From Planctomycetota bacterium (lineage in GTDB: Bacteria > Planctomycetota > UBA1135 > GCA-002686595), in assembly GCA_022447405.1 (NCBI GenBank), contig JAKVCE010000003.1, forward strand, positions 1-32,594: DNA of 32,594 nt, written 5' to 3'. This document shows, one piece after another, positions 1 to 8,057 of this stretch. A program made the position numbers and the translations under genes. A model generated the notes under the pieces. It did no database searches, was not told where the DNA came from, and saw nothing but the letters and a program-made list of their open reading frames with translations. The stretch's first letter is position 1, and every line of letters begins with the position of its first letter.

Positions 1-1
1 C

Positions 2-640
2 GACCTCGTCATCGTCGGCAAGTCGGTGGGTGCGGTCCTCTTGCGGAACTTCCAGTACGTCGGGCTCAACTTCGGACCCTTCATCCCCCTCGCGATCCCC
101 TTCGTCTTCGTCGTCGCTCAGACGGTCGTCCGCTACGGCTTCGACCCGCTGCCGGTCGTCGCGGAGGAGGGCCTCGCGGGCGCGGGGAACGAGCTGCGAG
201 TCGAGTTCAAGTCGGACAAGCGGGCGGAGTGTGCCGGGCTTGAGGTCGTCTTGCCCGACGGCCTCGAGGCGACCTCCCCGCTCGTGCGCGTCCCCTCCCA
301 AGGCCTCGCCTTCCAAGAGTTCGTCGCCCGCGCGCCGGGCTCTTATGAGATCGAGCTGCGCTTCCCAGACGGCCGCGTAGAGACCAAGTCTGTCGTCGCT
401 GGAGACGAGCCTGACCGCGTCATGCAGCCAGAGCGCGTGGCCGGCTTATTCAGCGCCATGCTCTGGCCCGCCGAGCCCCGCTTCGACGCGGGCTCTCCCC
501 TGGAGCGCGTCGCGTTCATCTATCCGGAGAGCGACTTGGGCTGGCTCCCTGGAGGCCCCATGGGGGTGCTCCTGGTCTTTGTGATCGCCTCGATGCTCTT
601 TGGCTTCCTCGCCTTGAAGCCGCTCGGCGTGAAGATCTAG
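2..640 (+). CDS. Hypothetical membrane protein, C-terminal part (5' end lies upstream of the window)
   Basis: The frame is open from nt 2 (GAC CTC GTC ATC...) into listed ORF 26..640, so the GTG at 26 is probably internal. Two hydrophobic segments (FGPFIPLAIPFVFVVAQ and GVLLVFVIASMLFGFLAL) flank a ~150-aa soluble segment. No family recognised. Confidence 0.5.
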   Translation, partial: DLVIVGKSVGAVLLRNFQYVGLNFGPFIPLAIPFVFVVAQTVVRYGFDPLPVVAEEGLAGAGNELRVEFKSDKRAECAGLEVVLPDGLEATSPLVRVPSQGLAFQEFVARAPGSYEIELRFPDGRVETKSVVAGDEPDRVMQPERVAGLFSAMLWPAEPRFDAGSPLERVAFIYPESDLGWLPGGPMGVLLVFVIASMLFGFLALKPLGVKI

Positions 641-650
641 GCTCCTCTCC

Positions 651-1199
651 ATGTTCGACCCTGGGATCGAGCGAGCCATCAGGACAGCGACCGTCGCCCA
701 CGCGGGGCAGACCCGCAAGGGCTCCGACCTGCCCTACATCACGCACCCTGTGCACGTCGCCCTGATCCTGGTCCGCGTCGGCGCCTCGAGCGCGACCGTA
801 CAAGCCGGGATCCTTCATGACGTCGTCGAGGACTGTGATGACTGGACCCTTGAGCGCGTCGAGTCCGAGTTCGGTGGAGAGGTCTCTGCGGTCGTCGCAG
901 AGCTGACAGAGGACAAGTCGAAGACTTGGGAAGAGCGCAAGCTCGCGGCGGTGGAGAAGGCCACGACCATGAGCGCCGAGGGGGCGCTCGTGAAGGCGGC
1001 TGACCAGCTGCACAACCTCAAGGCCCTTGAAGAGTCGCTCGGGCTAGCCACGGACTCCGACGAGATCTGGGCTCGGTTCAACGGGGGGCGCGACGCCACG
1101 ATCGAGATGGCGACGCGGCTCCTAGAGGCCCTCACTGGGAGGGTCGACCCCAAAATCACAGAGGCTTCTCGCCAGGCCTTGGCCGCGATCCGCGGCTGA
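651..1199 (+). CDS. HD-domain protein, RelA/SpoT-type (p)ppGpp hydrolase-like (stand-alone small alarmone hydrolase size)
   Basis: Complete 182-aa ORF. It carries RelA/SpoT hydrolase-domain motifs 'PYITHPVHVALIL', 'ILHDVVEDC' and 'VKAADQLHNL'. No synthetase domain. It starts 10 nt after the upstream stop. Confidence 0.85.
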   Translation: MFDPGIERAIRTATVAHAGQTRKGSDLPYITHPVHVALILVRVGASSATVQAGILHDVVEDCDDWTLERVESEFGGEVSAVVAELTEDKSKTWEERKLAAVEKATTMSAEGALVKAADQLHNLKALEESLGLATDSDEIWARFNGGRDATIEMATRLLEALTGRVDPKITEASRQALAAIRG

Positions 1200-1250
1200 G
1201 ATCGCATCTCCCCGTTGCCGCATTTGGACGTCACGGATAGAAAGGGGGCG

Positions 1251-2957
1251 ATGAGACGTCTCTTCGCAGGCCCTGCGCTCCTCTTGGCGCTCTCCGCTCT
1301 CGCCCCTGTGGCTCCGGCTCAAGGGGGCTACGTGACGAAGAAGCACCCCTCAAGAGGGATCGACTTCCGCCAGCCGAAGCGCTGGGACAAGCTCCCGGTG
1401 CAGCCCACCGAGGAGTGGGTGCGCTTCCAGCTCTTGGAGCCTGTCCCTGAGAAGGAGCGTGACCGACGCCGCCTGCAGCCGAAGATCGAGATCATCGACA
1501 TCCCCTACGTCTCGGACCCCGCGCCTGTCACGGGCGCGCCCGAGGAGCCCAGCGATGAGCCCAAAGAGCCGGCCCCGGCCCCGGCCCCGGAGCCGGAGGA
1601 TGAGGAGGGTGAGTCCGAGGACACGGATGAAGAGGAGGAGGCCGAGGAGGAGAAGCCGCCGCCGCCTCCGATCAACAGCTGGGAGCGCTACCTAGAGCGC
1701 AAGATGAAGGGCTGGAAGGCGGAGCTCGTGGATGAGCTCAGGCCCCGTGGAACCCGAGACGAGGTCTGGACGCGCGAGGTCTACCACCTGTCGCGGGGGA
1801 GCCGCGGCGGGGGTGACGAGGGCGGCAGGCGCCGCGGTCGGAGCGAGCGGAGCACCCGCCGAGCCGGGTACGCATACGTCTGGAACATGCCTCGCAAGCG
1901 CACCGTCGTGGTCTTCGGGCAGTGCGCTGTCGACGACCTCGACGAGCTGGAGCCCATCTTCGAAGAGGTCGGCACCGAGCTGCGCCTCTATGAGCCGGAT
2001 CTCCGGGAGGACGAGCGCTGGCGCAAGCGCTACGCGCAGAAGGGCTACCGCGCCATCGACTACCGCACGCCCGTGCGCATCGAGGCGATGGAGGACGGCT
2101 GGAAGGTCGAGGACACCGAGAACTACATCGTGGTCTACAACACCTCCGATCAGCCGCTCGTGCGTCGCATCGTCAAGGACCTCGAGGACATCCGTGAGAA
2201 GTATGTCGAGCTTTTCCCGCCGAGCGGTCCGATCGAGGCGGTCTCCACCGTGCGCGTCTGCAGTGGCATGGAGGAGTACTACTCCTACGGCGGGCCGCGG
2301 GGCTCTGCTGGCTACTGGTACGACGTGACGGAGGAGCTCGTCCTCCCTGATGCCACCGTGAGGGAGAAGGGTGAGAAGACGGACAAGTCGAACACCTTCA
2401 TCATCCTCTACCACGAGGCCTTCCACCAATACATCCACTACTCCGCGGGCAAGCTCGCGCCGCACTCCTGGTTCAACGAGGGCTATGGGGACTACTTCTC
2501 CGGCGCGGACATCTCGGGCGGCAAGGTCAAGAAGATCGGACCCAACCCGTGGCGCGTCGCGACGATCAAGAAGGCCGTGGAGGATCGCAAGCACGTGCCG
2601 CTCGCGGAGCTCATCCGCTACGAGCAGCGCGACTACTATCGAAACGCGGGCCTCTGCTACGCCGAGGGCTGGTCCCTTATCTACTTCCTCAACACGAGCA
2701 AAGAGGCGCTGCGCCACGAGGTCTGGTCACAGATCCTCACCGTCTACTTTGAGACCCTGAAGGCGTCGTGGGCAGAGCAGCTCGCGCGGCTAGAGGAGGA
2801 GGGCAAGGAGGAGGACGCGACGGCGAAGCTCGCGGCTCAGAAGGAGGCGCGTGAGGCGGCCGTCGACGCGGCCTTCGACGGCGTCGACATCTGGGAGCTC
2901 CAGAAGGCCTGGATGGAGTTCGTCGCCCAGATCCCGGACCCGAAGGGGCGCCGCTAG
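1251..2957 (+). CDS. Secreted peptidase-MA-like / DUF1570-like putative zinc metalloprotease with acidic Pro/Glu linker
   Basis: Track ORF is 1215..2957. I prefer the ATG at 1251 (preceded by AAAGGGGG), which gives the signal peptide MRRLFAGPALLLALSALAPVAPAQG. The gluzincin signature HEAFH lies at nt 2412..2426, followed by 'SWFNEGYGDYFSG' (third-ligand Glu context) as in peptidase MA-like proteins. Confidence 0.75.
   Translation: MRRLFAGPALLLALSALAPVAPAQGGYVTKKHPSRGIDFRQPKRWDKLPVQPTEEWVRFQLLEPVPEKERDRRRLQPKIEIIDIPYVSDPAPVTGAPEEPSDEPKEPAPAPAPEPEDEEGESEDTDEEEEAEEEKPPPPPINSWERYLERKMKGWKAELVDELRPRGTRDEVWTREVYHLSRGSRGGGDEGGRRRGRSERSTRRAGYAYVWNMPRKRTVVVFGQCAVDDLDELEPIFEEVGTELRLYEPDLREDERWRKRYAQKGYRAIDYRTPVRIEAMEDGWKVEDTENYIVVYNTSDQPLVRRIVKDLEDIREKYVELFPPSGPIEAVSTVRVCSGMEEYYSYGGPRGSAGYWYDVTEELVLPDATVREKGEKTDKSNTFIILYHEAFHQYIHYSAGKLAPHSWFNEGYGDYFSGADISGGKVKKIGPNPWRVATIKKAVEDRKHVPLAELIRYEQRDYYRNAGLCYAEGWSLIYFLNTSKEALRHEVWSQILTVYFETLKASWAEQLARLEEEGKEEDATAKLAAQKEAREAAVDAAFDGVDIWELQKAWMEFVAQIPDPKGRR
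1533..1670 (+). repeat. Low-complexity acidic/proline coding tract (GAPEEPSDEPKEPAPAPAPEPEDEEGESEDTDEEEEAEEEKPPPPP)
   Basis: Read directly from the sequence: CCGGCC x3 microrepeat, GAG/GAA runs, and a CCG CCG CCG CCT CCG run inside the 1251..2957 CDS. Confidence 0.7.
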
Positions 2958-3769
2958 TCTTCTAGCGCGCCGCAGGCCGCGACGGCCTCGAGGACGCGCT
3001 CAGCGACCGCCGGTCGGCAGATGACCAGCTCGTGATTGACCGGGTCAGCCTGGTTGTAGCGGTGCGGCTCGCCGCGGAGCTTGGAGACGTGCCAGCCCGC
3101 CGCTCGCGCGATGGTCTCGGGAGCGCAGGTGTCCCACTCCTTCAGACCCACCTTGTGCACGTAGACGTCGGCGCGTCCGAGCAAGAGGGTGGAGACCTTG
3201 TTCCCGACCGAGCCCTCGCGCACGAGGCTCGCGCCGAGCTCTCCCTGCAGCTTCTCCATCCAGGGCGGGGTGTGGCTCCTGCTGCAGGCCATGCGGATCG
3301 TCTCGGGGGCCTCGGAGTCTCCAGGGATGAGCTCGCCACCGCCCACGAGGCCGCAGCGCTCTTGTCCCTTGAGGCTCACTGCCCACATGGTCTTTCCTTG
3401 CGCGGGGAGGTCCACCGCGCCGAGCGCGCACTCGTTGTTGACGGTCAGCGCGACGTGCACGGCCCAGTCCTCGCGGAGCTGGCTGTACTCCTTCGTCCCG
3501 TCGAGCGGGTCGATGATCCAAGCGCGAGAGATCGAGAGCCGCTCAGGTGAGTCAGCGGTCTCCTCGGAGAGGATGCCGTCCTCCGGGTAGCGTCCCGCGA
3601 TGACACCTTGGAGGTAGCCGTCAGCTGCCTGGTCGCCGACGTCAGCGAGCATCTTGCCCTCCCACCGCTCTGCCTCACGGAGACCTTGCACGCGCCTCCC
3701 AGCGGCCTGAGCGACGGTGATCGCGAACTCGAGCTCGCGCTCGATCTCTTCCGGTGTGATGTCAGTCAT
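2954..3769 (-). CDS. cysQ: 3'(2'),5'-bisphosphate nucleotidase CysQ (inositol monophosphatase superfamily)
   Basis: IMPase-fold motifs 'ILSEE', 'AWIIDPLDGTKEY', 'DWAVHVAL' and 'KEWDTCAPETIARAAG', plus C-terminal 'HRYNQADP...VICRP'. The pattern closely follows actinobacterial-type CysQ as I recall it. The stop overlaps the stop of the convergent gene (CTAG 2954..2957). Confidence 0.8.
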   Translation of the reverse strand: MTDITPEEIERELEFAITVAQAAGRRVQGLREAERWEGKMLADVGDQAADGYLQGVIAGRYPEDGILSEETADSPERLSISRAWIIDPLDGTKEYSQLREDWAVHVALTVNNECALGAVDLPAQGKTMWAVSLKGQERCGLVGGGELIPGDSEAPETIRMACSRSHTPPWMEKLQGELGASLVREGSVGNKVSTLLLGRADVYVHKVGLKEWDTCAPETIARAAGWHVSKLRGEPHRYNQADPVNHELVICRPAVAERVLEAVAACGALED

Positions 3770-3781
3770 GGGGGAGGCGGT

Positions 3782-4321
3782 TCAGGCGTTGGTTCTGGGG
3801 CCGGACCAAGCGGGGAAGCCGCCGGCGAGGTTGTTGAGGCCGTCATAGCCCTTCGAGGAGAGGTAATCACAGGCGGCGGCAGAGCGCACTCCCGCGGCGC
3901 AGTAAATCACGATGGGCTTCGAGTCTCGCGGGAGCTCGTGCAGCCGCGCCTCGAGCTCGTCGACGGGAATGAGCAGCGCCCCCTCCGCGTATCCCGCGAC
4001 AGTCTCGCGGTGAGTGCGGACGTCCAAGATGTGGGCGTCCGAGTCGGACTGGAGCTTGAGAGCCTCCGCGCCTGAGACGTCTCGCCAGAGGCGACCCTCC
4101 TCGACCTGGTCCGGGTCGAGCTCTTCGCCCTTGGCGATCTTGGCCAGGAGGCGCCGCTGGATCACGAGGGCCTCCTCGACCTCGTTAGAGAGGTTTCGCT
4201 GCTGGCGGGGGAGATCCTGCTCCAGGTCGTCCAGGCGCGAGGCGTGGACAGTGCTCCTGAGCCACCCGATGAGCGCGAGGCCTAGGGCGAGGATGGAGAG
4301 CGCGAGGGCTGCTTGGATCAT
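3782..4321 (-). CDS. Membrane-anchored rhodanese-domain sulfurtransferase
   Basis: N-terminal TM helix (AALALSILALGLALIGWL), a charged helical linker, and a C-terminal rhodanese domain with active-site loop 'IVIYCAAGVRSAAA' and 'NLAGGFPAW'. Confidence 0.85.
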   Translation of the reverse strand: MIQAALALSILALGLALIGWLRSTVHASRLDDLEQDLPRQQRNLSNEVEEALVIQRRLLAKIAKGEELDPDQVEEGRLWRDVSGAEALKLQSDSDAHILDVRTHRETVAGYAEGALLIPVDELEARLHELPRDSKPIVIYCAAGVRSAAACDYLSSKGYDGLNNLAGGFPAWSGPRTNA

Positions 4322-4631
4322 GGCCGGATCCTAGCAGCCAGCATCGCCCGTGCAGATCCCTCGGACCCGGATCCTGTTCAGAGAGGACTGCTCTTGGGAA
4401 GCCGCGGTGGGGGAGTCAGCAGCTTGTGCCGAAGAACTAAGCGAGGTCTGCTGACGGACCTCGAGACTCCCTGTAAGATATTTGCCCGAAAAGCTGCTTT
4501 GAAAGGATCTATGGCTCTCCCAAGAGTCTCCTGGAAGAGCGGCCTATGAGGGCCCGATCGTCGATGGGGTCCACGCCTTCCAGAGACCGAAACATTGAGC
4601 TGTGGCCCCCGATCTCGGGGCGCGAGCCAAC

Positions 4632-6493
4632 ATGACCACTACCAAAGAACCGGGCTCAGACCTCCCCCTGCAGCAGCAGGAGTCAGTCGTCATTCGCTTC
4701 GCAGGCGACTCTGGCGACGGCATGCAAATCACCGGCAACCAATACGCGACCACTTCTGCGGTCGTGGGCAACGACCTCGCCACCATGCCGGATTTCCCCG
4801 CGGAGATTCGCGCGCCAGCGGGCACCCGAGCCGGCGTCTCAGGCTTCCAGTTGGCCTTCTCTTCGAAGGACATCTTCACCCCTGGAGACCGCCCGGACGT
4901 CCTCATCGCGATGAACCCCGCGGCCCTTGTGGAGAACATCAAAGACCTGAAGCCCGACGGGATCGTGGTCGTCAACACGGGCAACTTTGGTGACCGAGAC
5001 CTCGAGAAAGCGAAGTGTGAGAGCAACCCGCTCTTAGACGGCACCCTCGACGGCTATCGAGTGATCGAGGTCGATATGAATCAGCGCGTGAAGGAGGCGC
5101 TGACTGAGACCGAGCTCAAGCCGAAGGAGGTTCAGCGCTGCAAGAACTTCTACACCCTCGGCCTCATGTATTGGCTCTTCAGCCGGCCGCTCCAGCCGAC
5201 GGAAGACTGGCTGAAGGAGAAGTTCGCCAAGAAGATGCACCTCGCCGAGGCGAACATCATCGCCATGCGCGCGGGCTTCAACGCCGGCGACATCCAAGAG
5301 CTCTTCCAGGGACGCTACGAGGTCCCGAAGTGCGACGTCCTCACCCCCGGCACCTATCGCAGCGTGATGGGGAACGAAGCGGTTGCGATCGGCCTCGTCG
5401 CCGGCGCGCAGGCCGCTGGCCTTGAGCCCTTCCTTGGCTCCTACCCGATCACGCCGGCCTCGACGATTCTTGAGACCCTGGCTGGCATGAAGAACCACGG
5501 GGTGAAGACCTTCCAGGCCGAAGATGAGATCGCCGCTGTGTGCGCAGCCATCGGCGCAGCCTATACGGGCGGTCTAGGGATCACCTCGACCTCCGGGCCC
5601 GGCGTCGCGCTCAAGGGCGAGGCGCTCGGACTGGCGGTCAGCATCGAGCTGCCGCTCATCGTCGTCAACGTTCAGCGCGGCGGCCCCTCGACCGGCTTGC
5701 CGACGAAGACGGAGCAGGCTGACCTCCTCCAAGCGATCTTCGGTCGCAACGGCGAGGCGCCCATCCCCGTCGTCGCCTGCGCCACCCCCGCAGACGCCTT
5801 CGACTGCGCGATGGAGGCGGTGCGGATCGCGACCCAGTACATGACCCCGGTCTTCCTGATGACCGACGGGTTCATCGCCAACGGCGCCGAGCCCTGGCGT
5901 CTCCCCGAGGTCGAAGACCTGCCCAAGTTCACCAAGGAGTTCCGCACGGACGCCGAGAACTACCAGCCCTACTCGCGCGACGAGAACGGCGCGCGTCCGT
6001 GGGTGAAGCCCGGGACGCCAGGCCTCGAGCACCGCGTGGGCGGGATCGAGAAGGCGCACCTCACGGGCAACATCAGCTACGACCCGGACAACCACGAGTT
6101 CATGACCCACGCTCGCCAGGAGAAGGTCATGGGCATCGCGAACTCGATCCCGACACCTGAGGTGAAGGGGGCGCAGTCCGGCAAGCTCCTCATCCTGGGG
6201 TGGGGCTCAACCTACGGCTCGATCGCGGACGCTGTCGAGCGCACGAACGAGGACGAGGACAAGGTCGGACGCATCCACCTGCGCCACGTCTGGCCGCTGC
6301 CTAACGGGCTCGAGGAGATCTTCTCTCGCTACGAGTCCATCCTCATCCCGGAGATGAACCTCGGCCAGCTCGCCCGCCTCCTGCGCAGCGAGTATCCGAA
6401 GCACGACTTCCTTTCCTACTCCAAGGTCCAAGGTCAACCCTTCAGGGCTTATGAGATCGCTGCTAAGATCCAAGAACTCTTGGAGAACAAGTC

Positions 6494-6497
<4 letters not shown>
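4632..6497 (+). CDS. korA: 2-oxoacid (2-oxoglutarate-type):ferredoxin oxidoreductase, alpha subunit
   Basis: Motifs 'VIRFAGDSGDGMQITGNQ', 'DFPAEIRAPAGT', 'GSYPITPAS', 'SGPGVALKGEA' and 'VNVQRGGPSTGLPTKTEQADL' are typical of the large subunit of two-subunit OFORs. The ATG at 4632 is preferred over the track's GTG at 4602. Substrate specificity cannot be read from sequence alone. Confidence 0.9.
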
Positions 6498-7492
<995 letters not shown>

Positions 7493-7500
7493 CTGATCTT

Positions 7501-7534
7501 GAGCGCTCGCTCGCCTCGACAGGGGCGGGCGCTC
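7501..7534. terminator. Imperfect GC-rich hairpin between convergent korB and iscX (possible shared terminator)
   Basis: GAGCGC (7501-7506) pairs with GCGCTC (7529-7534). An inner stem CGCCTC (7512-7517) pairs with GGGGCG (7522-7527) around loop GACA. There is no U-tract on either strand, and the right arm overlaps the iscX stop codon. Confidence 0.3.
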
Positions 7535-7745
7535 AGTCCTCGCGCTCTTCGACCCAGGCCATCTGAATGGCCTCGAGGATCCCCTCGTTGGAGTCCATCG
7601 GGTCAGAGCTGAAGCCCTCCAGAGAGACGATCTTCTGGTGGAGGTCTGTGAAGCGCAGGGTCAGCGGATCTAGCTCTGGCTCGGCCTCATAGAGCCGATA
7701 GGCGATCTCGTGCACGTCAGACCAGGTGACCGGGTCAGCGGACAT
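7533..7745 (-). CDS. iscX: Fe-S cluster assembly protein IscX (YfhJ family)
   Basis: This 70-aa acidic protein has 'WSDVHEIAYRLYEAEPELDPLTLRFTDLHQKIVSLEGFSSDPMDSNEGILEAIQMAWVEE'. That aligns almost position-for-position with E. coli IscX as I recall it (W.D..EI...LY...P.LDP...RFTD.HQ.I..LE.F..DP..SNE.ILEAI...W..E). Confidence 0.8.
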   Translation of the reverse strand: MSADPVTWSDVHEIAYRLYEAEPELDPLTLRFTDLHQKIVSLEGFSSDPMDSNEGILEAIQMAWVEERED

Positions 7746-7752
7746 GGGGCCT

Positions 7753-8028
7753 CTAAGTGAGCTTCTCGATGTCCCCGAGGGGGCGCCAGCGGGTGACCTG
7801 GGTGGCGTCTACCTTGAGGTCGCGGTGCTTCACATCGACGCCGTAGGTGGCCGTCTCGCGGATGTAGGCCTCAGGGTCGGCGCCCTCTTCAGGCTCATAG
7901 ACGTCGACGTCGTGCAGGAGAGCTTCGAAGCCGTTCGAGTCGTCGAAGCGGCCGATGTACACGGTCCCTGAGGTCGTCTCGATGACGAGGTTCATCCCGT
8001 GAGGGGCGTCGGAGAGGTTCTGGCTCAT
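7753..8028 (-). CDS. Hypothetical small acidic protein (91 aa), Cys-free
   Basis: Complete ORF ending 7 nt upstream of iscX on the same strand. It has a weak Sm-like beta pattern, 'LVIETTSGTVYIGRFDDSNGFEALLHDVDV' (inference only). No family recognised. Confidence 0.55.
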   Translation of the reverse strand: MSQNLSDAPHGMNLVIETTSGTVYIGRFDDSNGFEALLHDVDVYEPEEGADPEAYIRETATYGVDVKHRDLKVDATQVTRWRPLGDIEKLT

Positions 8029-8057
8029 GGCTAGGAGGGGGGTTGGTTCGGGGGTGA

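Noticed and set aside
1692-2717. 341-aa minus-strand ORF. Similar long antisense or out-of-frame ORFs include 516..1013, 5574..6110, 10532..11353, 13607..14368, 15656..16576, 20323..20925, 21272..22225, 23640..24419 and 26762..27760.
   Set aside because: Each lies entirely within, and opposite to or out of frame with, a gene that has strong family motifs. The translations are dominated by Arg/Ala/Gly/Val/Asp/Glu with no motifs. This is the expected consequence of stop-codon depletion in high-GC DNA.
4313-4549. 78-aa ORF in the rhodanese/korA intergenic region
   Set aside because: It has no RBS or conserved features, its start overlaps the rhodanese start codon region, and its composition is unremarkable. 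It is more plausibly non-coding promoter DNA.
8029-8057. Strong Shine-Dalgarno-like CTAGGAGGGGGG on the plus strand
   Set aside because: The only downstream plus-strand start (GTG ~8054) opens a frame that stops after ~10 codons. The region is simply the 29-nt spacer between two minus-strand genes.
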